Both the position numbers and the translations under genes were made by a program. Below, in pieces: positions 44,789 to 56,046 of a stretch of DNA of 64,000 bases. Below the pieces are notes generated by a model. That model was not told the origin of the DNA. It saw only the letters and a list, made by a program, of their open reading frames with translations, and searched no databases. Source of the stretch: a bacterium (GTDB taxonomy: Bacteria; Acidobacteriota; Blastocatellia; HR10). Within the stretch, counting starts at the first letter, position 1, and the number at the start of each line of letters is the position of its first letter. Location of the stretch: contig JBEPZV010000004.1 of NCBI GenBank assembly GCA_041640655.1, positions 46,815 to 110,814 on the forward strand, in the 5' to 3' direction.

Positions 44789-45865
44789 ATGTGGAGAGAC
44801 GGCCCACGTGCGTTCGCCGTTGGGAAGCTCCCGCCGGACGTCCTTCAGCGCGCGCTCGCCACAATCCCCATTGAGGACAAACGGGTGAGAATCGGGCCAC
44901 GACTGGGTGAGGATGCGGCCGCGATCGCCTTCGACGACGTCTATCTCGTCGCGAAGACCGATCCGATCACGTTCGCCACCGAGCGCATTGGGTGGTACGC
45001 CGTGCACATCAATGCGAACGACGTGGCCGTCATGGGCGCGCGACCGCGGTGGTTCCTCGCCGCGCTGTTGCTGCCGGAAGGGAAGACGGACGCGGCGCTC
45101 GTGGACCACATCTTCCAGGACATCCTGAGCGCGTGCCGTGAGCTGGGGATCACGCTCTGCGGCGGGCATACGGAGATCACCTATGGGTTGGATCGCCCTG
45201 TGGTCGTCGGCCACATGCTCGGCGAAGTGCCTCGGGAAAAGCTCGTCGAGAAACGGATGGAGCCGGGGGATCGCATTCTGCTGACCAAGGGCATCGCTAT
45301 TGAGGGGACGGCGATTCTGGCGCGAGAGAGAGCGTCGGAGCTGGCCTCCGTGTGCGAGGCCGGGCTTCTGGAGCGCGCTCGGCGCTTGCTCTTTGATCCG
45401 GGCATCAGCGTGGTGCGCGAGGCGCTCCGAGCGGTCGAGGTCGCGCGCGTGCATGCCATGCATGATCCGACCGAAGGGGGACTAGTCGGCGGTCTCTGCG
45501 AGCTGGCGGCCGCCGGCGGGGTCGGCCTGCAGATCTGGCGGGATCGCATTCCTCTCCGGCCGGAGACCGATGTCCTCTGTCGCCACCTTGGGCTGGACCC
45601 GCTGCGGCTCATCGCCTCGGGGGCGCTCCTCATCGTCGCGCCGCCCGATCAGTGTGCGAGGATCGAAGACGCCTTGCGATCAGAAGGCATCGAGGTGGCC
45701 GAGATCGGGGAAGTGCGAGAGCGCGCGTATGGGCTTAAACTCGAGGTGGAAGGGGAGCCTGTCGAACTGACCTTCCCCGAACGCGATGAGATCGCGCGCG
45801 TTTTCGAAACCATCCCTTCCGAGCCCCACGGTGAGGAAGGGCATTCCTCCACGCATGAGCCATGA
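44789..45865 (+). CDS. AIR synthase-related (HypE/ThiL/PurM-fold) protein
   Basis: GKLP, GEDAA, TDPITF, NANDVA, GGHTE and AMHDPTEGG. Confidence 0.88.
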   Translation: MWRDGPRAFAVGKLPPDVLQRALATIPIEDKRVRIGPRLGEDAAAIAFDDVYLVAKTDPITFATERIGWYAVHINANDVAVMGARPRWFLAALLLPEGKTDAALVDHIFQDILSACRELGITLCGGHTEITYGLDRPVVVGHMLGEVPREKLVEKRMEPGDRILLTKGIAIEGTAILARERASELASVCEAGLLERARRLLFDPGISVVREALRAVEVARVHAMHDPTEGGLVGGLCELAAAGGVGLQIWRDRIPLRPETDVLCRHLGLDPLRLIASGALLIVAPPDQCARIEDALRSEGIEVAEIGEVRERAYGLKLEVEGEPVELTFPERDEIARVFETIPSEPHGEEGHSSTHEP

Positions 45866-46743
45866 ATCGCCGGGTGTATCCTCTTGTCCTGCGGGAGCGC
45901 GCACTGGAGCTTGGCGCGCGCACGTTGATCATGGGCATCCTCAATGTGACGCCCGATTCGTTCTCGGATGGAGGCGAATTCTTCTCAGTAGAGCGAGCAG
46001 TGGCTCGCGCTCTGGAGATCGAAGCTGAGGGAGCGGATCTGCTGGACATCGGCGGGGAATCCACGCGCCCCGGAGCGAAACCGGTTCCTCTTGAGGAAGA
46101 GCTGCGCCGCGTCCTTCCCGTCATCGAGCGCCTGCAGGGGCGCCTCCGCATCCCCATCTCCGTGGATACGACTAAGTATGAAGTCGCGCGCGCGGCTTTG
46201 GAAGCCGGAGTCGCGATGCTTAACGATGTGAGTGGGCTCCGGCGCGATGCACGGCTGGCCGATTTGGCAGCTGAATTCGGCGCCGCTCTCGTCCTCATGC
46301 ACTCGCGAGGGACGCCTGAGACGATGCAAGACCTGCCTCCGAGTCCGGATATCTTGGGGGAGATCGCCGAGCATTTCGCTTGGGCTCTGGCCCGCGCTCT
46401 CGCGCGCGGCGTGGCCCCGGAACAGATCGTGCTTGATCCCGGGCTCGGCTTCGGCAAGACCATCGAGGATAATCTGCTCATCCTGAATCGGCTCGACCGC
46501 TTCGCCGAATTCGGGCGTCCGTTGCTCGTCGGCCCTTCGCGCAAATCCTTCATCGGTCATATCACGGGGAGAGAACCTCGCGAACGCGTCTTCGGCACGG
46601 CAGCGGCCGTCGTCGCCGCCATCTTCAGAGGGGCGCACATCGTCCGTGTTCATGACGTGCGCCAGATGCGCGATGTCGTCCGCGTCGCCGATGCGATCCT
46701 TCGCGCCGGAGAAGCCGAAGCCTCGCGCCAGCCGATATTCTGA
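45862..46743 (+). CDS. folP: Dihydropteroate synthase
   Basis: MGILNVTPDSFSDGG, DIGGESTRPG, SVDT, DPGLGFGK, SRKSF and RVHDV. Confidence 0.97.
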   Translation: MNRRVYPLVLRERALELGARTLIMGILNVTPDSFSDGGEFFSVERAVARALEIEAEGADLLDIGGESTRPGAKPVPLEEELRRVLPVIERLQGRLRIPISVDTTKYEVARAALEAGVAMLNDVSGLRRDARLADLAAEFGAALVLMHSRGTPETMQDLPPSPDILGEIAEHFAWALARALARGVAPEQIVLDPGLGFGKTIEDNLLILNRLDRFAEFGRPLLVGPSRKSFIGHITGREPRERVFGTAAAVVAAIFRGAHIVRVHDVRQMRDVVRVADAILRAGEAEASRQPIF

Positions 46744-46760
46744 GGAGCCGTGGTCCTCAG
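46740..46760. terminator. Hairpin at the folP stop
   Basis: CTGAGGA-GCCGTGG-TCCTCAG inverted repeat; no U-tract. Confidence 0.35.
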
Positions 46761-46820
46761 TAGGCCGCCCGTCCTTGCGCCCGGGGAATACGCGGGGCCG
46801 TGTACGGGAACTCCCCACCG

Positions 46821-47744
46821 TCACGAAGGAGGAATGAGTACGGGCGGGTGCGTTTGGACGCCCGGTGGGTGGATTGGGAGGTAAAGGAGGATGGGGCATG
46901 TTAGGAGGTACCCGCCCGTACGATTCGCCGTCAGGGTGGAGCTTGGCCAAAAGGAATGGGAGGCCGGTTGCTGCTCGAAGGAGGAAGCTACTGTCGCCAC
47001 CTCAGCATGAGAGCTTCTCGCGAAACTGCAGCATTCACCGGCACTCCCTCCCTCCGCTCGGACCTCTTGCCTCAGGCCGTCCGAGTCGATCGGGAAAGGA
47101 AGGCTGAGAAGATGGCCCTGCCATCGGCCACCACATGAGCCCGCACATGGAGAATCAGTCACATCCGCCGCCGCTCGGAGAGGAGCACGTGATCGCAGCG
47201 CGCGCGCCCGCCCGTGCGTTCGGACTCGCTTCCGCAAATGTCGCTTCCTGAAAGCACCGCCGCCGGAGAGGGAAGCCAGCGCCTGATCTGCCGCTTGACC
47301 GAAGACGATGGCAGGGCCAATCCTGGTAAGGAGGGTGGAGCACGATTCGACGAGAATAGAAGAAACATGCCGCAGCTCGGCCCGCCTTCGGTCCGCTGGA
47401 GCCATCACCGCCGATGCTGCGAGCTTGACCTCCGCATCTGCGCCCACTCCGCTGCGAGCCATCACTCTCGCTTGAGCATCCGAAGGAACATCAGACACAT
47501 AGCGCCGGAACCCGAACTGCCACATCCGCTGCATCTGGCATCTGAGCTGAGCTCCCACCGCTGCCGGTACCCACTCTTGAACCTTCCGCTTCATCCGATC
47601 ACCCGAATCAGGCAAAGCTGCGGCAATTCCGTCAGGCCCATCCAAAGGCACTAGGTGCAAGACCTTGTGGACTTCGCGGACGCCATTCTGCAGCTCGCTC
47701 TCGAGCCCAATCGCCCATTTGCTCTTTCCGCTCAAGCCTTGCAT
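46821..47744 (-). CDS. Doubtful orphan ORF (~307 aa from ATG 47744)
   Basis: Open frame with GAGGTG just before the ATG and a strong promoter upstream. No recognisable motif, and the 3' half crosses repeats. Confidence 0.25.
   Translation of the reverse strand: MQGLSGKSKWAIGLESELQNGVREVHKVLHLVPLDGPDGIAAALPDSGDRMKRKVQEWVPAAVGAQLRCQMQRMWQFGFRRYVSDVPSDAQARVMARSGVGADAEVKLAASAVMAPADRRRAELRHVSSILVESCSTLLTRIGPAIVFGQAADQALASLSGGGAFRKRHLRKRVRTHGRARALRSRAPLRAAADVTDSPCAGSCGGRWQGHLLSLPFPIDSDGLRQEVRAEGGSAGECCSFARSSHAEVATVASSFEQQPASHSFWPSSTLTANRTGGYLLTCPILLYLPIHPPGVQTHPPVLIPPS
46838..46921. repeat. REP/REPIN-like inverted repeat GTACGGGCGGGT...ACCCGCCCGTAC
   Basis: Perfect 12-bp inverted repeat (46838-46849 / 46910-46921), extendable with wobble pairs; the enclosed loop carries three GGAGG motifs. 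Confidence 0.6.
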
Positions 47745-47836
47745 CACCTCTGCGCCTCCAGAGGGGCCACTCGATATTCCGTTGCGCCTCTCGCCCGCCC
47801 GCCGTCTCAAAGATCGCCTTGCCGACGGTCGCGCAT

Positions 47837-47865
47837 GTTATAGCACGAGTCCGGCAGAAAGTCAA
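47837..47865 (-). promoter_or_regulatory. Strong sigma70-type promoter firing leftwards into the orphan region
   Basis: TTGACT-N17-TATAAC with an extended -10 TG and an upstream A/T tract. Confidence 0.65.
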
Positions 47866-48155
47866 GAAAAAAGTTCAAGTAATTTCTCAACTCTGCCCGA
47901 CTAAGGCATGGCGAATTAAGGACTAATATCGAGGACGACCATAACCCTTTCCCCTGCTACGACTTAACGATGCTTGAAGCCTGTCTGAAACCTGCCGGCC
48001 CCACAGGGCAGGTTCATCCAGATGCAGATCTCAAGAAGTGGGACCCAGGCCGGAAGGGAGCGAGCTCGGGCCAGATGCTCAGCTTATCTTCGCTCAGATC
48101 AATAGCTTGCAGTAAGAGCGTCATGAGGACCCCTCGCTTGATCTCCTGCTGTTGC

Positions 48156-49517
48156 CTAGCGGCCAAGATAGAGAAAGACCTGACCGGCTCTTCGCGAAGC
48201 GCCCGGTGCTCCTACGGCCAGATCAGGTTTCCCGTCCCTATTGAGATCACCGATGGCCATAGCCGTGCCAAATTCTGCACCGGCCTCCGGGCTCGGCGGT
48301 TCAAGGATGAAGTTGGGGTTCGGACCGATGGCAGGTCCCCCGTAGAAGAGGTACACTCGTCCGGCCCTTTGGCGATTGCCGACTGTCGCTCCGATGGCGC
48401 TGACGGCGAGATCGGCCGTACCGTCACCGTTGAGGTCGCCGACAGCCAGTGCGTATCCGAATGCCGAAGTGGCTTGTGGATCAAGCTCTTGCAGGATGAG
48501 GTCGGGCGCGCTGTTTAGAGTGGGGCCGCCGAAGTAGATGTAGACTCGTCCCGGTCGGGATTCTGTGGGGTCACCTTCACTTGTATTCGGTGATCCCACG
48601 ATGGCGTCTGCGTACCCATCGCCGTTGATGTCGGCCACGGCGAGGGAGGAGGCGAATGTGGGATCGGCGACTTCCGGGTTTGCCGGAGGGTGAGGATTAG
48701 GCAGCATCACATTTGGCCGGCCGCTCAGAGACTTTCCACCGAGGAAGATGTATACGACTCCGGCTCCATTCGGTCCTCCGAATGGAGCGCCGATGAGAAT
48801 GTCGGCGAATCCATCTTTATTGATGTCTCCGGCGGCCACGGCGAAGCCGAATTGCTCTCCGACAATACCCCCCCGCAAGATGGTCCGTCGCGACCCGATC
48901 GTATTTCCTCCGTACAGAACGACGACGGTGTCCATGAGCCAAGCGCCGACGATCAAGTCGCTCGTCCCATCGCCGTCCACGTCACCGCTGGCCAGGGGCT
49001 CGCCGAAGCGGCCACCTATCAAGAAGTCAGGATCCGGCGGAAGCGGGCTCCGCACGGTCGTTGAGTTCGCTCCGAAGTTTGAGGCTCCACGATAGATGAT
49101 GACTCTCCCATCCAAGAGGGATTCTTCGCTATTGCTGGCCTCGGGGGCGCCGACGGCCAGATCAGTCCGGCCATCTCTGGTCCAATCGCTGGCGGCGAGT
49201 GCGAACCCGAAACCGATTCCCGCCTCGCGGGTGGACAACGTCACGTTGGGCGTCCGTTGAAGCGTCTGACGCCCGTAGAAGATGAAGACTCGTTCAGCGC
49301 GGTTTTCCAATGTGCAGGGAGCTGAGACCGCCAGGTCCGAGGTCTTATCGTTGTTGAAATCTCCGACGGCCAAGGCCCAACCGAAGCAAGCGTCGGCGAC
49401 AGGCCGTGACTCGGTCAGGACAAGGGGCTGTGGTTGAAAAGGGGAAGACTGCGCGAGCATCGTGCTGCTAATGAGCAATAGCCCAATCATGAACCGGCGG
49501 ACGATCTGTCCCTTCAT
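48156..49517 (-). CDS. Secreted FG-GAP (integrin-alpha beta-propeller) repeat protein
   Basis: Seven FG..LA.GD.N.DG..DL.VGAP repeats, a signal peptide and a GGAGG RBS. Confidence 0.9.
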   Translation of the reverse strand: MKGQIVRRFMIGLLLISSTMLAQSSPFQPQPLVLTESRPVADACFGWALAVGDFNNDKTSDLAVSAPCTLENRAERVFIFYGRQTLQRTPNVTLSTREAGIGFGFALAASDWTRDGRTDLAVGAPEASNSEESLLDGRVIIYRGASNFGANSTTVRSPLPPDPDFLIGGRFGEPLASGDVDGDGTSDLIVGAWLMDTVVVLYGGNTIGSRRTILRGGIVGEQFGFAVAAGDINKDGFADILIGAPFGGPNGAGVVYIFLGGKSLSGRPNVMLPNPHPPANPEVADPTFASSLAVADINGDGYADAIVGSPNTSEGDPTESRPGRVYIYFGGPTLNSAPDLILQELDPQATSAFGYALAVGDLNGDGTADLAVSAIGATVGNRQRAGRVYLFYGGPAIGPNPNFILEPPSPEAGAEFGTAMAIGDLNRDGKPDLAVGAPGASRRAGQVFLYLGR

Positions 49518-49791
49518 AAGACTCCACCTCCGTGTTGAAGGGGTTGGCGTCGTGGACGCGACGTGCTCGGATAAAGGATCGCTGAGTCTCTGGATGAGGC
49601 CGCGTGGTGCGTACCGTCCTGTGAGACCTTCGCCTTGAACGAGTGCAATCGAAGAACTTCATCGCTTCGCATGGCCTCTTTTTACCCCATCTTCCGAGCC
49701 CTGGCAAGGGGATTTCACAAGGGGTTCTTCGCAAGCCGACTGGCATTTTCCACGAGAATGTGGTGGACTAATGCTCGGGGAGGGGAGCACC

Positions 49792-51204
49792 ATGGAGAGG
49801 ATTGAGCGAGATAGCCTTGGGGAGAAGGCGGTCCCGGCCGAGGCGTATTACGGAATCCAGACGGTGCGCGCCGTGGAGAATTACCCCATCAGCGGATGGC
49901 GTCCGTTCCCGGAACTGATTCGGGCGGTCGTGCGGATCAAGAAGTGCGCAGCTCAGGTCAATGCCGAGCTGGGGCTTCTGGAGGAGTCGGTCGCGCGCGC
50001 GATCATGGTGGCGGCCGATGAGGCGCTGGCCGGGCGGTTCGACGATCACTTCGTCGTGGACGTCTTCAATTCCGGTGCCGGTGTCTCCTTTCACATGAAC
50101 GTGAACGAGGTATTGGCGAATCGCGCCAGTGAGATTCTGGGGGGACGTCGCGGCGAGTACGCGCGCGTGCATCCGCATGATCATGTGAACCGGGGACAGT
50201 CCACCAACGATGTCATGCCGACGGCGATGCGCCTGGCAGCACTGGAAGCTGCGCGTCCGTTGCTCGATGGTATAGAGGGATTGGCGCGGGCGTTTCGCGA
50301 GAAGGGGGAAGAATTTCGCGATGTCGTGAAAGCCGGGCGCACGCATCTTCAGGATGCCGTCCCGGTACGTCTCGGTCAGGAGTTCCACGCCTACGCGCAG
50401 ATTATCGAGGAGCACGGGCGACGCATACGGCGAGCCGTCGAAGAGCTGCGCGTTCTCGGCATCGGCGGCACGGCCGTGGGGACGGGATTGAACGCGCATC
50501 CCGAGTTTCGCTTCCGTCTCATTGAGGCGTTGAAGCGCGAGACAGGGGAGGCGTTGATCCCCGCCGAGGATCTCATGGCGGCGATGCAGAGCATGGCGCC
50601 GTTTGTCGCGTTCTCCGGAGCGATGAAGAATCTCGCGCTGGACCTGGTGAAGATCTGCGATGACGTGCGGTTGATGGCCTCGGGGCCGGTCGCGGGATTG
50701 GCTGAGATCGAGCTGCCGGCCCTCCAGCCGGGTTCTTCGATCATGCCGGGCAAGGTCAATCCCGTCATGCCGGAGGTGCTGACGATGGTCTGTTTTCAGG
50801 TCGTTGGCAACGACGCGACGATCACGTTGGCAGCCGCTCATGGGGAGTTCGAGCTGAACGTGATGATGCCCGTAATCGCCTTCGATCTGCTCTTCTCAGT
50901 GAGGATCCTGGCCAATGCCCTGCGCGTCTTCACCGAGAGAGCTGTCGTCGGGATCCGCGCCCATGTGGAGCGATGTCGGTATTATGCCGAGAGCAGTCCG
51001 GCTCTGGTGACGGCGCTTGTGCCGTATATCGGCTACGAGCGCGCCGCCGAGGTGGCGCGCGAGCTTCTGGCGACGCGGCGGACCATTCGGGAGATCGTTC
51101 GGGAGCGGGGCTGGATGAGCGCGGAGGACCTCGATCGCGCGCTCGACATCGAAGCGATGACGCGGGGGGGGCTTCTTGGTGGGGAAGCGGAACGATCGTC
51201 CTGA
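49792..51204 (+). CDS. aspA: Aspartate ammonia-lyase (fumarase/aspartase superfamily)
   Basis: YYGIQT.RA, GQSTND, GRTHLQDAVP and GSSIMPGKVNPVMPE. The KVNPV and DAVP variants favour AspA over FumC. Confidence 0.85.
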   Translation: MERIERDSLGEKAVPAEAYYGIQTVRAVENYPISGWRPFPELIRAVVRIKKCAAQVNAELGLLEESVARAIMVAADEALAGRFDDHFVVDVFNSGAGVSFHMNVNEVLANRASEILGGRRGEYARVHPHDHVNRGQSTNDVMPTAMRLAALEAARPLLDGIEGLARAFREKGEEFRDVVKAGRTHLQDAVPVRLGQEFHAYAQIIEEHGRRIRRAVEELRVLGIGGTAVGTGLNAHPEFRFRLIEALKRETGEALIPAEDLMAAMQSMAPFVAFSGAMKNLALDLVKICDDVRLMASGPVAGLAEIELPALQPGSSIMPGKVNPVMPEVLTMVCFQVVGNDATITLAAAHGEFELNVMMPVIAFDLLFSVRILANALRVFTERAVVGIRAHVERCRYYAESSPALVTALVPYIGYERAAEVARELLATRRTIREIVRERGWMSAEDLDRALDIEAMTRGGLLGGEAERSS

Positions 51205-51235
51205 TGGCCGCGCGCGGAGCGAGCCCGTCCGCCGC

Positions 51236-52774
51236 CTATCGTTCCGGTCGCATGTGGGGGAAGAGGATGACGTCGCGGATCGAGCGCTGATTCGTCAGCA
51301 GCATCACGAGCCGATCAATGCCGATCCCTTCGCCAGCCGTCGGCGGCATCCCGTAGCCGAGCGCGCGAATGAAATCTTCGTCCATGACCATGGCCTCTTC
51401 ATCGCCGCGCTCGCGCAAGCGCATCTGCTGTTCGAATCGGCGATACTGTTCGACCGGATCGTTCAACTCGCAGAACGCATTGGCGATCTCCAGCCCGCCA
51501 ATGTAGAGCTCGAACCGGTGCACGATGTTCGGGTCTTCTTCGCTCTGCTTGGCCAGCGGGCTCAGCTCCGTCGGATAGCCGAGGATGAATGTCGGCTGGA
51601 TGAGCCTCTCCTCGGCGACGTACTCGAAGAGTTTGCCGAGCATCTGCCCAGGACTCCAGCGGGGATCATAGCGCCCGCCCACGGCCTGGAGCAGTTCGGG
51701 CAATCGCTCCGCGGCCTCCAGGTCTTCCGGCGCGGGTGCCGGCGTCGTGTCGGGCCAATACTGAAGGATCGCCTCTTTCACGGTGAGGCGGCGCCACGGA
51801 CGCGTGAAATCAATTCGGTGGTCTCCGTACTCGATGACGAGCGAGCCGCGCACGGTGCGCACCACATGGGTGATCAGCTCCTCGGTCAGCTCCATGAGGT
51901 CGTGATAGTCGCTGTAGGCCTCGTAGAACTCGAGCATCGTGAATTCGGGATTGTGCTTTGTGGAGAGCCCTTCATTGCGGAAATTCCGATTCAGCTCGTA
52001 GACCTTCTCGAAGCCGCCGACGATCAACCGCTTCAGGTACAGCTCCGGGGCGATGCGCGCGTAGAGGTCCATGTCGAGGGCGTTATGGTGCGTGATGAAG
52101 GGACGGGCGGCGGCTCCCGTCGCCAGCGGGGTGAGCATCGGCGTCTCCACCTCGATGTATCCGCGTTCGTCGAAGAAGCGCCGAATCTCCCGGATGATCT
52201 GCGCGCGCCGCACGAAGACCTCGCGCGAGGCGCGATTCGCGATCAGGTCGAGATAACGCTGCCGGTAGCGCGTCTCGATGTCCTGCAGACCGTGCCATTT
52301 CTCCGGCAGAGGGAGGAAGGCTTTCGCCAGGAAGTGGAGCCGCTCGACGTGCACGGTCAGCTCCCCGGTGCGCGTCACGAACAGATACCCCTCGACGCCA
52401 ATGAAATCGCCGAGGTCCAGGTGGTTGTACAACTGCCACTCCCGCTCGCTCACCTCGTTGCTTCGGATATAGATTTGAAGTCGCTCCTCGCCGTCCGAGA
52501 GATGGGCGAAGGCCGCGCGTCCCATCAGGCGCGTCGTCATCATCCGACCGGCGATGCGCACGGTGATCGGCCGCAACGCGGCGTTGACGCGGTCCAGCTC
52601 CTCGGGCGGTTTCGCTCCCGCGTAGTGGCCGTAAGTCCGAACGATCTCGGTGATCGTATGCGTGCGCGCGAACTTATGCGGATAGGGATCGAAGCCAAGG
52701 GCGCAGATCGCCTCGAAGTTCTTCCGCCGTTGGCGGATCAAGTCGTTCTCCTCGCCGAAGATGCTCCTGCTCAT
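51236..52774 (-). CDS. lysS: Lysine--tRNA ligase (class II)
   Basis: [46 protein letters not shown] and GIGIDRL. Confidence 0.98.
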   Translation of the reverse strand: MSRSIFGEENDLIRQRRKNFEAICALGFDPYPHKFARTHTITEIVRTYGHYAGAKPPEELDRVNAALRPITVRIAGRMMTTRLMGRAAFAHLSDGEERLQIYIRSNEVSEREWQLYNHLDLGDFIGVEGYLFVTRTGELTVHVERLHFLAKAFLPLPEKWHGLQDIETRYRQRYLDLIANRASREVFVRRAQIIREIRRFFDERGYIEVETPMLTPLATGAAARPFITHHNALDMDLYARIAPELYLKRLIVGGFEKVYELNRNFRNEGLSTKHNPEFTMLEFYEAYSDYHDLMELTEELITHVVRTVRGSLVIEYGDHRIDFTRPWRRLTVKEAILQYWPDTTPAPAPEDLEAAERLPELLQAVGGRYDPRWSPGQMLGKLFEYVAEERLIQPTFILGYPTELSPLAKQSEEDPNIVHRFELYIGGLEIANAFCELNDPVEQYRRFEQQMRLRERGDEEAMVMDEDFIRALGYGMPPTAGEGIGIDRLVMLLTNQRSIRDVILFPHMRPER

Positions 52775-52850
52775 GCCGCCTGCGCCTCCTCTGCCGTGAT
52801 TCGTGACGTGATGATGCTAGTGGGGGAACGGGGGGGCGGTCAAGAACGCC

Positions 52851-53099
52851 TCACTCCCGCTCGATCCAGGTCCAGAGCGGACGCGACAGCAGCCAATATT
52901 TCTCGCGCAACCGTCGCACGCGGTCCGCGTACTCGTGCTTCGGGAATTCTCCGGCCCGCCGCCGATCGCGCAACCGGCGCAGCTCGTAGCAATAGAGGTC
53001 ATTGAGCTGCTCGCGCACCAGCTCCGGCGGCGTCTCCGGCGTCGGGAGCAAGCCAAAGTGCTTCAGTTCGTCCAAGACGTCGGCCCGATAGCGCGCCAT
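52851..53099 (-). CDS. Small hypothetical protein (82 aa)
   Basis: MARYRADVLDELKHFGLLP...LNDLYCYELRRLR; GAGG RBS; helical, protein-like sequence. Confidence 0.65.
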   Translation of the reverse strand: MARYRADVLDELKHFGLLPTPETPPELVREQLNDLYCYELRRLRDRRRAGEFPKHEYADRVRRLREKYWLLSRPLWTWIERE

Positions 53100-53247
53100 C
53101 GCCTCGAAAATATAGCATGAGATCGTCGGCCGCGCGGTCCCGGCGCGCGGGATCGGACTGCGGCTGCGTCTCGCGAGAGCGATGTTGACCCACGTCGGCA
53201 GCGATGGTATTTTTGCCCCTTTGGGAAGCGAGGAGGAGCGATGCGCT

Positions 53248-54285
<1,038 letters not shown>

Positions 54286-54328
54286 GTCCGATAGTGCGTC
54301 CCCAAGAAGAGCACTCGCGCTTCCCCTC

Positions 54329-55036
54329 TCAGAAGAGTCGCCCCGTCATAGGTCCCGGGCTCTCACCACGGCGGAGCCGATTCACGAGCAGGTGCGCTTG
54401 GCGCGTCGGCTCCGGTTGGCGATGTCCGGCCACACAGCGCATGACCAGAGCGATCGCGCTCTCAAGATCAATCTTGTGGCCCGGCGAGACGAAGATCGGG
54501 CTTGTGCGATCTTTCGTCCGCAGGGCGGCGCCGACGATCTCGCCGCGATCCAGCAGAGGGGAGAAGCTGCCAGCTTCCGGAGCGGGCTCCTCATAGGTGC
54601 CGACGAGCACGCTCTTGGCGCAGCCAACGGTGGGCAGATCCAGGAGGAGCCCCACGTGACAGGCCAAGCCCATGCGTCGCGGATGCGCCAGCCCCTGGCC
54701 ATCCAGGAGGACGGCATCGGGCCAGTGCGTGACTTTCTCAAACGCTTGGAGTACAGCCGGCACTTCCCGAAACGAGAGCAGGCCCGGGATGTAGGGGAAG
54801 CGCGTCACCGTCGTCACCGCAGCTTCTTCGACGGGCGCCAGGTGGGGTAACTCCAGCACCACGACGGCGGCGAAGACCGTATCCGATCCCTTGTCGAAGG
54901 AGACGTCCGCGCCCGCGACCCATCGCACGCGATCCGCCGCCAGCGGCGTGAACTGCAGGTGCGCGCGCAGCCGATTTTGAATCCGCATGGCGTCCTGCGG
55001 CGAGACGTCCCAGGGATGCAGGTTCTTGATCTTCAT
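54329..55036 (-). CDS. nfi: Endonuclease V
   Basis: VAGADVSF, FPYIPGLLSFRE, DGQGLAHPRRMGLA, GCAKS, VSPGH and PEPTRQAH. Confidence 0.96.
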   Translation of the reverse strand: MKIKNLHPWDVSPQDAMRIQNRLRAHLQFTPLAADRVRWVAGADVSFDKGSDTVFAAVVVLELPHLAPVEEAAVTTVTRFPYIPGLLSFREVPAVLQAFEKVTHWPDAVLLDGQGLAHPRRMGLACHVGLLLDLPTVGCAKSVLVGTYEEPAPEAGSFSPLLDRGEIVGAALRTKDRTSPIFVSPGHKIDLESAIALVMRCVAGHRQPEPTRQAHLLVNRLRRGESPGPMTGRLF

Positions 55037-56046
55037 CGTTCCGATCTCTCGCGTGATGACGCTTCGCCCTCCACCACCTCACTCGGGGTCGCCTCCACAG
55101 CGGGGGGATCGGCCGCTGGCGCGGCGGCGATCTTCGCCGGCCGCAGGATCGAGAGGAGGACGGAGGCGGCCAGGATGCCCGCGACGACGCCGAGGGCGAT
55201 CCCAATAGGGATCTTGTAGAGGTCCGAGATGAGCATCTTCACCCCGACGAAGACGAGGATGGCCGAGAGGCCGTAGTGCAGGTAGTGGAAGATGCGCATG
55301 AGACCGGCCAGGGCGAAGTAGAGCGCGCGCAGGCCCAGGATGGCGAAGACATTGGACGTGTAGACGATGAACGGATCGTGCGTGATGGCCAGGATGGCGG
55401 GAATCGAGTCCACGGCGAAGACGAGATCGGTCGTCTCCACGACGAGCACGACGATGAAGAGCGGGGTCGCGAGCGTCCGCCCCATCTTTCGGATGAAGAA
55501 GCGCCCGTCCACGTAATCGCGCGTGATCGGAATGAGGCGACGGGCGAGGCGGATCACGGGATTGCGCTCCGGATGGATCTCCTTCTCCTTCTCGCGCGCC
55601 ATGCGCGCCCCGGTCACGATCAGCAGGGCGCCGAAGACGTAGATCATCCAGTGGAACTTCTGAATGAGGGTGACGCCGGCCAGGACGAAGATGAAGCGCA
55701 TGATCAGGGCGCCGAGGATGCCCCAGAAGAGGACCTTATGCTGATAGAGCGGAGGGACGCGGAAGTAGGTGAAGATGAGCACGAAGACGAAGATATTGTC
55801 CATGCTGAGCGATTTCTCGATGAGGTACCCGGTGAGGAACTCCAAGGCGGCGGTCGTGCCGAACCAGAAGTAGACGCCGACGTTGAAGAGCGCGGCCAGG
55901 ACGATCCAGAAGGCGCTCCAGCCGAGCGCCTCCCTGAGCTCGATGACGTGCGCGCGGCGGTGAAAGACGCCGAGGTCCAAGGCGAGCATGGCGAGGACAA
56001 AGAGCGCGAAAGCGATCCAGAGCCAGAGCGTGTGTCCCATCATCAT
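55033..56046 (-). CDS. TerC/Alx-family membrane protein
   Basis: LALDLG, GYLIEKSLSMDNIFVF, QHKVLFWGILGA, DLVFAVDSIPA and SNVFAILGLRALYF. Confidence 0.93.
   Translation of the reverse strand: MMMGHTLWLWIAFALFVLAMLALDLGVFHRRAHVIELREALGWSAFWIVLAALFNVGVYFWFGTTAALEFLTGYLIEKSLSMDNIFVFVLIFTYFRVPPLYQHKVLFWGILGALIMRFIFVLAGVTLIQKFHWMIYVFGALLIVTGARMAREKEKEIHPERNPVIRLARRLIPITRDYVDGRFFIRKMGRTLATPLFIVVLVVETTDLVFAVDSIPAILAITHDPFIVYTSNVFAILGLRALYFALAGLMRIFHYLHYGLSAILVFVGVKMLISDLYKIPIGIALGVVAGILAASVLLSILRPAKIAAAPAADPPAVEATPSEVVEGEASSRERSER

Noticed and set aside
46795..46825. GCCGTGTACGGGAA resembling the start of group II intron domain V
   Set aside because: The complementary 3' arm and domain VI are missing, and there is no reverse transcriptase ORF.
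47975..48125. AGCCTGTCTGAAA as a possible IS end, and a 36-aa minus-strand ORF (MTLLLQAIDL...)
   Set aside because: No partner inverted repeat, target duplication or transposase remnant was found; the ORF is too short and featureless to support.
48156..49517. FG-GAP protein as a GPI-specific phospholipase D linked to the inositol locus
   Set aside because: It has only the propeller repeats, lacks the N-terminal catalytic domain, and lies 20 kb from the locus.
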